A DNA stretch of 64,000 bases, taken from contig NC_068983.1 of the NCBI RefSeq assembly GCF_001194135.2, positions 89,615,911 to 89,679,910 of the forward strand, in the 5' to 3' direction. Positions within the stretch are counted from its first letter, which is position 1; every line of letters begins with the position of its first letter. The DNA is from Octopus bimaculoides (taxonomy: Eukaryota). The notes under the pieces are model-generated. The model did not search any database and had not been told where the DNA came from. It saw only the letters and a list, made by a program, of their open reading frames with translations. Made by a program: the position numbers and the translations under genes. Shown piece by piece: positions 37,733-49,439 of this stretch.

Positions 37733-37775
37733 TCCAGACTGATGACAAGCAAAGACTCAGAAACATGTCTCTGGA
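37733..37775 (+). ncRNA. Minimal type I hammerhead ribozyme motif (stem II mutated)
   Basis: TCCAGA-CTGATGA-caagcaaagactca-GAAAC-ATGTC-TCTGGA: 6-bp stem I, palindromic ACATGT stem III, GUC cleavage site after 37769. Confidence 0.75.
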
Positions 37776-38280
37776 TGCAGGCTTAGCTGGGTCGAGGTGC
37801 TTGTCTCCCCCTTGTAAACATAAGAACACAGGAAATGTGTCAAGGCTGTCAGGAAGCGGTGCAGCTTCCTAGGTCTAACCAACAGTAGTATTATTCCCTT
37901 CAGGGGACTGTCACATTAAGTTGACAGCATACAACTACTTCATCGTATCACTACTGCATAAATTTCTCTGAGAGATTTAGAAATGTATTATTTCTAAAAA
38001 TGAAACTTCCTATTCATCAGAGAAAGTCAATCAAATAATGTGACATTGTTATTAAGTAGAAATTAGCCAAAGGTTTGTGACAGAAGGATCTGAGGTGTGA
38101 AATGTTCTAGATCACAAAGCAATGTGATGATACATGTTTAGGGAAAAGAATGAAAGGAATAATAGTGTCACACTCCTCCACTCCAGATACCAAAGAGAGG
38201 CACATAAATATTAATGGAAGGCTGCTTAATGTATGCAAAGGATCAACAGATGGACAAGATATTGAAGTCAACAAATATAT

Positions 38281-38378
38281 AGTTGAAAGCATGATAGGAT
38301 ATGAAGGCAAGGAAAGTTAGCAAATCATCATTAGTCATTGAGATGTTGAAAATATCCAGCGAAGTAAGACACACACTA
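38281..38378 (+). repeat. 98-bp segment whose inverted copy lies at 39749-39846
   Basis: 97/98 identical by manual comparison. Confidence 0.92.
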
Positions 38379-39134
38379 GTCACTTACATAGTCAATCTGG
38401 TTGTTGATGATGTTAAGCCCTAGGTGAGCAATTGTCAAGCAGATATGCGATCAAGGAATGTGACATGACTGATGATTGTTGTAACAGTATCATCATCAAC
38501 AGCTACAGGGGTAAAGATGATAGAAATAAACAACTACAGAGTTTATGTGGAAGGAACCTCTAAAAAAGAAAGTTTAAGGAAGATATGGGAAGAAGTGACT
38601 GATCTCAAGTGAATGAACCTCAAGAACGAGATGACAAAGAAATACAAGAAATCAGAAGCTGTTTTGAAGAGAGCTTATCCAATCCATGCAAGTAGAGGAA
38701 AATGGATTGTAAAATGATAATCATGAAGATGAATCTAATAAATCTTGTTTGTAATTTTTAGTTCCATTTAACAAACACAAGATAAGTATAAAAACACTCA
38801 CAAAAGCATGAATTATCATTGACCTCAAACTATTGTGAACCCAAAACTCCACAACTTCTAAGTTGCTATGGACTGAAGTTGCTGCAAACCAAAGCTGTTG
38901 TGGACCTTAAATCTCTGCCAATTCAAACTGCCTAGCTTAGACAAAAGATTATGTACTCAAACTATCACAGATGTAAATGCATGAGCTAGACACAAGCTGT
39001 TATGCATCTAATTAAATGTGGTTCTTAAGGAGCTATAGATCTAAAGCAACAAAGACCTGTGCTACCATGCTCATATGTTTCATATCCAAATTATCATTAA
39101 CCTTAAACTGCTACAAACCAAAACTGCAACTTAC

Positions 39135-39327
39135 AGGAATTGAGGCTGCCATTAGAGAATTACGATCCATCTCTTTTTTCATGCGTTCAAATAATGCTGT
39201 TCTCTCCTCCATTTTCTCTGCTACTTCCATTTTTTGTAAGTTCATAGTATCAGACACGCCTCCTGTGAAATCTTCCAGAGCTTCAGCAAGTTCTCCACCA
39301 TCAAGGACTTCATAATTTCCAAACAAC
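39135..39327 (-). CDS. CAPN5: Calpain-5-like, internal exon (first in window): LFGNYEVLDGGELAEALEDFTGGVSD...SLMAASIP, protease core
   Basis: Manual translation matches the calpain CysPc motif EALEDFTGG. Acceptor tttattttaag and donor GTAAGT on the minus strand. 193 nt, phase 2 to 0. Confidence 0.93.
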
Positions 39328-39748
39328 CTTAAAATAAAAATAAAATATACTAAATCTATGAGTGAGTTCCAAAATGACATTGGGTCCATAGGGTGAGGTA
39401 CACAAGCTACTACTTCATATGATGTTAATAAAACAGACTGATTTCTCCTGAGTTACACACACATGCACACACAGAGTAGATCTCAAAATCAACACTACAA
39501 GTCAATAAACATAAGTGAATTATACAGAGGACCAGCAATGTAGAAAGCGGAACTTTACCATATACAGTGGTATTTACTGACACCCCCCCACACACACATC
39601 CACATATGCGTACCAGTACATATATAACATAAATATACAGGTTCAAACTTGTTTGCCCTGATTCCCCACCCTTTGGATGTAACTTCAGAACTTCTGCAGA
39701 TTATCCCATGGGTAGGTGTTGCATACTTACAAATGTAGTATATAAATG

Positions 39749-39846
39749 TAGTGTGTGTCTTACTTCGCTGGATATTTTCAACATCTCAATGACTAATGAT
39801 GATTTGCCAACTTTCCTTGCCTTCATATCCTATCATGCTTTCAACT
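39749..39846 (-). repeat. Inverted copy of 38281-38378, flanked by a 20-bp direct repeat (39728-39747 and 39858-39877)
   Basis: tacaaatgtagtatataaat present on both sides of the insert. Confidence 0.9.
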
Positions 39847-40029
39847 TTCATGTAGTATACAAATGTAGTATATAAATTGACACACCATGGAAGTAAACCT
39901 TACATAGGTGCCAGAGTTAATCTTGGGAAACAATGCTTTTCTTTTCAAAAACACTTCTCCAGCCTGAGATTATGCACTCTACTTCATTGGCTGAATAGAT
40001 CCATTATTTGGATGTTCATAAGATAAGCT

Positions 40030-40740
40030 ATAAATTGAAATATCCAGCACTGAGATGTACCATACTGTCACAGAGGTAGACGTCCATGTGAGTCAAGTAC
40101 AAATGAGGATTTAGAGATTATATTGGCTAATAGTAGATACCGTCTTAATAAATGTAATGAGTGTCACACCCTAACAGAGGAGGAAACCTATGGAATATGT
40201 AGATCCAGGAAGATATGGAATGAGATGGTGAAGCATGACCTTCAAATGTTGGGCCTCACAGAGGCAATGACAGGTGACCAAGACCTTTGAAGATGTGCTG
40301 TGCTTGAGAAGACCTGGCAAGCCAAGTCAGGTTGTAGCCGTGGCCAATGCCAGTGTTGCATAACTGGCTCGTTTAAAAGTACCCTTCAATTGTTGGGCAA
40401 TATGCTGTGCTTGAGAAAACCTTTTGAGTTAAGTGAAATCATAGTCATGGCCGATGACAGTGCTGCCTGAATGGCACCTGTGCCAGTGGCATGTAAAAAG
40501 CACCAGTCGAGAGTGGTCGATGCCAGTGACATGTGACTGGCTCCCATGCTGGTGGCACAAAAAAAGCACCCACTACACTCTCGGAGGGATTGGCATTAGG
40601 AAGGGCATCCAGCTGTGGAAACATTGCCAGATTAGATTGGAGTCTGATGCAGCATCCTGGCTTGCCAGTCCTCAGTCAAACTTTCAAACCCATGCCAACA
40701 TGGCAAGCAGATATTGAACAATGATGATGATGATGATGAG
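40030..40740 (+). mobile_element. RTE LINE 3' end
   Basis: Homologous to 9200-9950, with ggaagggcatcc motif and (gat)n tail. Confidence 0.82.
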
Positions 40741-42077
40741 TGAATTAAGAATTTGCAGTACCCACCATAAGAGTAGAATTTTCCAGAATTACGAGACTGG
40801 GGACTATCTGAACTATGAGGATATACACTAGTACACTGTTGGCCTTACATTGATGTAGGATTAATAGCCATGCTTTCCTTGTGTGTTTTTTTTTTTACAT
40901 TCAGTATGATATAGTAATAATTTCTACCTAAACATCACTGTGTGTATACCTATATACAAACTCTCTTCCCATCCTATCTACCTATGTATATACCCCATCT
41001 GTGCTTGTATCAGCAACATTTTTTTTTATGGAGTACCAGATTGTGACTACTAGAAATAACAAGATACATAAAAATGGAGAATGTGATACACCAAGCAGCT
41101 TGAAAATCATCTGATCAAAGAAGTACAATGCCCAGGAAATTAGCCTGGATTACACTTAATGCACTCTTCCATGGAATGCAATGTGTATCCTCTAGAACTG
41201 CAAACTATGTACATCTATTAACTTACTAGACTCAACAGAATTACTTAGTATACCTGGGTAATCAACTATTGTTTTGTGAAAACCAACAAACATTCACACA
41301 CAATGGTGGGAATGCATTCAGGCAAGATGAGTAGTAGTAACTTAAGTCTTGTTGCCAAATAATGTGATAATGAAGGAAGAGTTTGTATATGAGTGTATGT
41401 AATTACTATGTGTGCATAGGTACACAGACGAGTGTGTGTGTGTGTGTCTGTGTAGCTATATATACATATATATGGATGGATGCTTAACTATGATATAGTG
41501 TGCGTGGGAGTAGGTAGGTAATGGTCTATGGGATGGTTAATGTGTGCAAGTGAAAGAGTAAGGTATGGTCAGTACACTACTTGTTGCTCACTAAAGACTA
41601 TGGAAATTCTTATGAACATGTGCTCTATCTTCTGCCAGAGAGCTGGTTATTTGAAGCTGATATTATAATCATGTCAATGAACTGACCCCTACATTTTTTA
41701 CTTTATATTTATGACTATAGTTGTTTGTACTGTAGTTGATATTCTTGCTATTATTATTGTTGTAGTCATTGTTGTTGCGCCTAGTGTTGTTATTGGTGCT
41801 GAGTCTGTAGAACTTCTTTCTCTCTTCTTTGCTGTGATTATATATGTATGTAAACAGTTGTGTGTGCAGGTGTGTACCTGCCTATGTATGAAGGAAAAGC
41901 ATGACTTCCTCCACATCCTCAGACCCACCTTCATTTCTATTCATTTATTTCTACTACCTATCAGCATGTATTCCAACACTTTGCTGATAGTGTAGGTAAT
42001 TTGCATAACAGGAATACACATGGAGGAAACTTGTAAATTTTGTCAAAATACTGATGGATGTAAGATTATATAATTGT

Positions 42078-44800
42078 TGTAGGAAACTAGTAATAATGGT
42101 ACAACCTCCCTCATGACAAGTAGAATAACCAACCTAGTCACTATAAGAGAAGTACGTGAAGTACCAGAGTACGTAATAGGCAGTTAGAAATAATCTTGTC
42201 TTTATTTGTTTTATTACATATACTGTATACTGAAGTGGGTGTTATAATAATCCATGAGGATAAACCAATTCATATGGAGTTACTAGAAACTTGAAGAGAA
42301 GTTAATAAACTCACAAAGTTTTGTTATGAAAATTTTACAAAAAAAATTGGAAAATTATGGAAAATTTGTTGGCTGGTTTACTCGAGTTGCAAAAACAGCA
42401 ACTGAAAGAACAACAACAGCAGCTACGACTGCAAGAACAACAGCTGAAGCAACAACACCACCAACAACAACAGCGGTAGATACAACTGCAAGAGTAACAA
42501 CAGAAGCAACAACAACAAATAATATTGCAGCAATAAATGCTGCAATTACTGAAGTCATCAGGAATGTCAGAAAAAGTGTTCTCGACAGACTGTGTCACAA
42601 ACTCCATAACAGACTTCAAATATGAACCTGATGAAGGACTTAACTTTGAAGCATACTACAGAAGATGTGAGCAAATCTTTGATAAAGAATGTAAAGGTTA
42701 GAATGAAGAGATGAAAACACAGTTAATCCTGAGAAAACTGGCAGCAACAGAACATGAGTGATACAGTAATTATGTACTCCCAAGAAAACTTTCGGACATA
42801 AACTTTAATGATACAATAGATGTATTGTGTAAAATTTTCAGTGAAAAAAGCTCATTGTTCAACACATGTTGGAAGTGTCTGAACATAGAGAAAAACAATG
42901 GTGAGGATTACATTACATACGCTGGTAGAGTAAACAGGGAATGCAAGAAGTTTAAGCTGGGCAAATTAATGCCAAATATGTTCAAATGCTTGATTTTTAC
43001 ACAGAGACTTAATACTGAAAAGGACACAGAAATTAGAACTAGAATTCTTGCAAGGCTGAAGCAAGACCAGGATGTAACCCTACAGCAAGTGTCAGAAGAA
43101 TGTGAAAGGATAGTCAAATTAAGACACGACAGGGAGGAAACTAAATGTAAAGATTGTTTCCAAGTAAAGCAAGTGTGAAATAATCAGAATAGAGATAAAG
43201 TGTTTTCTGAAAAACACAACCAAAATCAGGAAATAATCCCATGTTTTGCATGTGGAGGTATACACCTGAGGAAAAACTGCCCATTTAAAAAAGTAGAGTG
43301 CTTTCGCTGTGGTAATATAGGACATATAAAAATGACAAAACATCAGAACAAAGAGAAAAAAATAAATAGTGTCATTGGAAGAAACTGGCAATATAATGAT
43401 AAAATTCATGAAGGCTAAAATCAGAAATTCAAGCGTTAAAATGCAACTGGACACTGGTAGTGATATTATAAACGAAAAAATGTGGAAATATGTTGGTAAG
43501 CTGAAATCAATTAAATCTAAAAAGGTAGCACATTGTATTCCAGGAAAAAGATCATATTTTTTTCGTAAATTCATATGTAATATAACATTTCGAGGTCAAA
43601 CAAAAAAGTTCACTTAATTTATTTGTCAGAGAGTGGATGGAACTATTGAAGTTGTGAATATGCCCATAAGCGTTTTAAGTGGGAATATAACTGGTTCAGT
43701 CAAAGATTCAAATGCAGCTGAGGGACGTTAAACAAAAAATTGCAGTAAAACAAAGTGAAATACCAGTATGTAAGCCAAAATGAAATCAAAAATTGCCCAT
43801 GATAAAAAGTAAACATTGTTCAAAAGTAGATGTTCCATGGTTGAGACTACACATTGATTTCACTGGTCCTTTAAATGGTTCTTACAACTTAGTAGTAGTT
43901 GATAGATTTTTGAAATGACCTGAAATTTGTAAGTGTAAAAAACCAACCTCCTCAACTGTGATAAATTTTTTACATGAATTGTTTGCAAGATTAGGCATCC
44001 CAGACAAGATAGTGTCTGACAATGGAACACAATTTGTGTCTAGCAAATTTTTAAAATTTTTATGAAACTTTGTGGTAGAACATAACTATAGTACCATACC
44101 ATCCTAGATTTGATGGACAGGTGGAACGCTTTGTCGATACCTTCAAAATAGCTCTTAGAAAATCGAATAAGGAAGTCACGGATGAGGTAGCTCTACAACA
44201 ATTTTTAAGAGTGTACCATGTGACACCAAATCCGAATACACCAGCAGGTAGCTCACCAGTGGAGCTGATGCTTGCCAGGAAAGTAAAATCAACCTTTGAT
44301 AAATTGCTATCTGGCAAGGAAAGAAAAAGTGTCAGGGAAGCCATAGCAAGATTCTTTAAAGTTGGTGAAAAGGTGCATATGAGGGCATACAAGAATGGTA
44401 AACATAATTAGGAACATGTTTGATTACCAAATGCATAGGTAAAATGATGTATTGGGTAAAAAGTAGAAAAGGCATACAAAAGAGACACAGGAACCAACTG
44501 AAAAAGAGATTCGTGGAAGGCAAACCAAAGAAGTTAGAGGAACCAATCGAATGATTGTAAGATACATTCCAAGTATCAACGCCACTACAGGTGATTGAAC
44601 CCAGGTGTACAAGTGAGAGGGAAAGAAAACAGAGTTCCTGGAAATAGATGCCAAGTGCAAAAAATATAACATAGTATGAAAAAAACTAAAAAAAGGGAGG
44701 TGGGGGTGAATAAAAAATTATTGCTAAATAAAATGACACTTCTCGAGAAAAACTTAAAAGGGGGATGTAGGGAATTAGTAATAATGGTACACCTCTCTTA
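42078..44800 (+). mobile_element. Ty3/Gypsy (Mag-like) LTR retrotransposon remnant: gag, protease, integrase; RT/RNase H deleted; 3' LTR truncated
   Basis: LTR starts tgtag..tagtaataatggtac at 42078 and 44766, PPT aaaaggggga. Zn knuckles CFACGGIH and CFRCGNIGH, protease QLDTGS, integrase LHIDFTGP, IVSDNGTQF, GQVERFVDTFK. Confidence 0.9.
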
Positions 44801-44811
44801 TTTATCTAAGT

Positions 44812-44965
44812 TTTAACATCATTTCCTTCAAAACAGTCACCTGGTGCAACAATAAACTGGTCCCAGTATTCCTGCCATTTTTGGAAACCAGCCTGGAAGT
44901 TGTTTTCTGTAAGCTAGTGGAAGGCCTTCTGTAATTTGCACTGGATCTCAATAATGGTGTTGAAA
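44812..44965 (-). mobile_element. Mariner transposase C-terminal fragment
   Basis: Minus strand IQCKLQKAFH*LTENNFQAGFQKWQEYWDQFIVAPGDCFEG. Confidence 0.55.
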
Positions 44966-44966
44966 T

Positions 44967-45243
44967 GTATGTACTTTTCTGCATATTCATGTGTGTGTGC
45001 ATTTGTGTATGTGTGTGTTTGTGTGTGTACTTCTGCTTTCTTGTGCATGCATGCTTGAGTGTGTCTATATGTATATATACAACAGGCACATGTGCACATG
45101 CACACAAACTCATATGCAGAAACACACTCAAGCATGCATGCACAAGGAAGCAGAAGTACACAAACAAACACACACATACATATACACACAAACACATAAG
45201 CAAGCACATACACAGACACATGAATATGCAGAATAATACATAC
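44967..45243. repeat. Imperfect hairpin (arms about 100-120 bp, loop about 55 nt) built on degenerate TG/CA repeats
   Basis: gtacttctgctttcttgtgcatgcatgcttgagtgtgt versus acacactcaagcatgcatgcacaaggaagcagaagtac, and tctgcatattcatgtgt versus acacatgaatatgcaga. Confidence 0.85.
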
Positions 45244-45498
45244 ATATGTACATACATGCATACACACATACATACATACATGCATACACAAGCAGGTATG
45301 CACACAACAAGATCTCAAGCAGATAAATACAACCCACCTAACAGACTAAGTCAAAAGTCATTGAAAAGTTTGCAAGTAGCAACAAAAGAGCTTTGACAAA
45401 CAACAAAACAAATGATTTACTGTGTAACCAACTTAAACAAACAATCGATTAGTTGGATATTTAACCAGCTGATTAATAATAAAAGAGTAGAGTTGAAC

Positions 45499-45550
<52 letters not shown>

Positions 45551-45669
45551 TGATAATATTGGCATAATAACTCTCCCTAGACACAACAAAATTTGTTTCA
45601 ACACACGATTTCACATAAAAGATCTTGCAAACCAAATACAAAAACAAAATATATATCTATATATGACAT

Positions 45670-45930
45670 ACGAGGGTCCGAGCTGTAACGATCAATGGAA
45701 CAGCTTACTCATGAAATTAACGTGCAAATGGCTGAGCACTCCACAGACATGTGTATCCTTAACGTAGTTCTCAGGGAGATTCAGCATGACACAAAGTGTG
45801 AAATACAGGTACTACTCATTTTTGCCAGCTGAGTGAACTGGAGCAACATGAAATAAAATGTCTTGCTCAAGGACACAACGCATCACCAGCAATTGAGCTG
45901 CTGAATGCCCTAACCACTAAGCCATGCACC
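45670..45930 (-). mobile_element. tRNA-derived SINE, second family
   Basis: Minus strand ggcttagtggttaggg (A-box-like) and gtgtccttgagcaagac..ttgctccagttcactcagctg central block. Confidence 0.6.
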
Positions 45931-46148
45931 TTTGCATATATATATACCTTTTGTATAATTTCTCCATTATATACATTAGAGATGGGCTGAATCCTTGATG
46001 TACTGCAATCCCATGTCAACCTGTGGCAAAGGTGGAGCAAGTTCCTAACTCTTTGCCTTATTCTAAAAGTTAGTTTAATTTCAATAGCCCCAAATAAGGA
46101 CCATATCAGATATTAGGCTAAGAACAGATGATACACTTTGATCTTAGC

Positions 46149-46180
<32 letters not shown>

Positions 46181-46673
46181 CACACACACACAGATACATA
46201 CATACATTCACACACATATATACGTACATAATACACCACACACACATGGAATGCTTTTTGAAAAGTAGTCACCTTTTATTAGGTGAGGAATATAGTTAAC
46301 TGGACTGATAACAGATGAAGACAATGAAAAGCAGTTTTGAAATAAAAGAAATGTGTAATATGAAATGTGTTACCGCATGGCAGTGAAACTGGGAGCACAA
46401 ATTTCAACAGCTAGAAAGAGACTGAGTATGATTCATTGATATTACAGAGTAAAACTTGCAAGAAATACGGTGTGCCAATGAAGCAAGAAAGTAGCTATAC
46501 ATTGAAGGTACTGCTTGTTATATGTAAAAAACTACATAGCTTATATGTCTATTATTTGTTAAAAACATGTAATGTCAGCAGTTAATACATGCATAATTTA
46601 AAAAATGCCATGAAAGTGTGTTGGAAAGTACCCATAGAAGAAATAGCAGGAACAGTAAAGCTGAAAGTAAATA

Positions 46674-47895
46674 TTGTGTCATCCCATAAATAATGTGGCA
46701 TTTTTATACTTCCTTTATTTTTCAAAATTAAGATAAAGTTCTTTTTTAATCTAAAATATACTCGCCGTCATTTTCTACAATGCTCTTCCATCTTGCAAGG
46801 CACCTTTTACAAAATTCACTTGTCTGTGAAAAAAAATACTCCTCCAGTACTGTTCTGACCTCATCTACAGAATTCATATTTTTTCCATCCAAATGACTTT
46901 GAAGACTTCAGAATAAATGATAATCAGATGGGGCAATGTCCAGCGAATATTGTGGCTGGAGCATCATTTCTCATTTGGAATGTCATCCTCACAGTATGTA
47001 GTCGAGCATTATCCTGGTGGAAGAACACCTTTCATCTTGAAACCAAAGATGATCGTTTTTCTAGCACTGACTCAAGCTGCTCGCAGATCTCCTTTGTTGT
47101 TGGTTTGGGTTTAAAAGTTCAAAGTGGACTAAGCCTTTCATATCCCACCAAACAGATAACAACACTTTACGTGGGTGAAGATCTTTAGCTTGGGGTGCGA
47201 GTGTTTCTCCTTTCCCTACCCACTGTCTTTGGCACTTGACATTTTTATAGAGAATCCATTTCTTGTCATCAGTCCAAAAATGGTTCATTCGTGAGACATG
47301 ACAGTAAAGAAGAGCACACATTCACTCTCTCTGCCTGATTAGACTCGGAAGGCTTATGAGGAATCCACTGACCCAATTTGCTGACTTTTGCAATGGCATG
47401 CAGGTGTCGATGAATGGTTGAATGACCAAATCCAAGCTTCTCTGCTAGTTCCTCAACAGTTATGATAGGATTCTGTTCCACCTGGGTTTGCAGAACATCC
47501 TCATTGAGCTCTATAGATCTTCCAGGATGAGGCTCATTTTCCAGGCTGTAGTTTTTGGCTCAGAATTTCTGGAACCACCATTGACACTGGCTTACACTTA
47601 TTGTCTGATCCCCATATACTGCATTAATATTACTCACACTTTTTGTTGCGTTGCCACCTTTATTCAGCTCATAAAGCAAAATATGCCAAACATGCTCCTT
47701 TGTCACTTCCATCATAACTTTGAAAAAATAACTGCTAAAATTGAACTGCACTCTTCAAAACTTGCACTAAGAATAAGGACAAGGAAAAATTACTACTTGC
47801 TTTTATAGCAAGTTGGTGCAGGTAGTTTATCCTGTTCCCCTCCAACTTTACTTCATGCAATTGAAAAAAAACGCATTATTTATGGGATGACCCAA
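46674..47895 (-). mobile_element. Mariner element, full length, degenerate
   Basis: TIRs g.gtcatcccataaataatg / cattatttatgggatgaccc. Motifs WIPHKPSE, WTDDKKWILY, HPRKVLLSVWWD, HDNARLH. Confidence 0.9.
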
Positions 47896-49439
47896 TTCTT
47901 TACTGTATTTTGTTTTCCTTTCTATATTCTGAAATTAAATCTTTATTCCTGTAGGGGGGCATGAAAGCAAGTATTAGTACTATACAGCAGCAGCTCCAAT
48001 AGATATTCACATCATACAACAATTGGCTGTGTTTAATCAAAGGCAATTAATATTATAGTAGAGGAGGAAATTACTTAGTATAAGCTTTTTCAAGAAGAGC
48101 ACTCCAAAATTCATTTCTTTCTTTGGAGTGGATGAAAAGAAGTTGGCCATTCCGAGTTGGAAGTTGGTCATCAATTACAACGTCAAGCCATTCACCATAA
48201 CGCCAAAAGCGAAAATGAAAAATTCCTGCATATTCTTCAGGTTTTTCAGAATTCCAGTCTTGTGTTTCATGATCAGGAATTACCTGGAAACAGACAAAAA
48301 TAAATTAAAATATTTAAAATATAGTTTTACAAATACACTATAAATTGAAGGGAGGGGGTCAAAATGTTTGAATGATTGAACTTAGCTTCAAAACTCAGAG
48401 CCGGTTCCAGGCTCTCTTTCTATCAATTTCTACTAGTTCTAGAAGTATATTGAGTGCCATAACAGACTACAATAGCACCTGTGGAGATATATATATATAT
48501 NNNNNNNNNNNNNNNNNNNNNNNNNNNNNNNNNNNNNNNNNNNNNNNNNNNNNNNNNNNNNNNNNNNNNNNNNNNNNNNNNNNNNNNNNNNNNNNNNNNN
48601 ATGGAAAGCGGACGTTAAACGATGATGATGATGATGATGATTTATACATATATACATACATATATATATACCTATGTACATATATACATACATACATACA
48701 TATATGTATATGTATATATACATATGTGTGTGTGTATCAGAGACGACTCCAGGTCACCAGCATCACTCGGGCTCATTTCAGATTCCATCACTGAGGCATA
48801 TCACAGATTTCGCATAAGATGCATACCCGCTTGAAGAATTTCACATTTTTCCACAATATTTCTAGCCCTAAATGGCGTATTATTTTATATGTAGCACTAT
48901 CTCGTTCTCCATTTCTAAGTTAAGTGTAAAATTAAAGCAACCCAGCAAAACACAAGTGATCTTTACACCGCACAGTACACCACCAATCAAATAACAACAG
49001 CAGAATGCACAACAAACATCAGCAACCTGACTGTCACCTGTACTCTTGACAAGAGATGTCAGTTAGTGTTTTACACCTACCAGGCTCATTCACATTAACC
49101 AGAGTTGCTGGATAATTTTTCATTATCCAGCAGGAATGGAGACTTTTCATAAGCTGGAATTTAAATCCGAATCTTTTTAGAAATTTATTGTTACAAGAAA
49201 ACATTGAAATTGAATTACTTTTAATCTTTATAGATAATGACTTGGGCTGTAACTTATGAGCTCAAGTTATTAGCTACAATTACATACTTGAAGTCAGTGT
49301 TTGGCAGAAATTAAATCAGCTTGCAAATATACATTCACTTTACTAAATTTATACTCAGGCTAAGTCCGAACAGCCCGAGTGCTGGAGATGTCACTGATAC
49401 ATACATACATATATATATGTATATATATATATATAGTCC

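Larger units (their letters stand above)
37289..37998. mobile_element. Penelope pLTR/retrozyme-like unit: ~300-bp inverted arms (37289-37588, 37623-37942) plus partial tandem repeat (37587-37650 repeated at 37935-37998)
   Basis: Arms about 95% identical by eye with a 34-bp spacer. Unit period 348 bp. Each arm carries a hammerhead core. Confidence 0.75.

Noticed and set aside
44802-45396. Cys/Val- or His/Thr-rich ORFs on both strands (and similar YIYI/CVCV ORFs elsewhere)
   Set aside because: By-products of dinucleotide repeats lacking stop codons.
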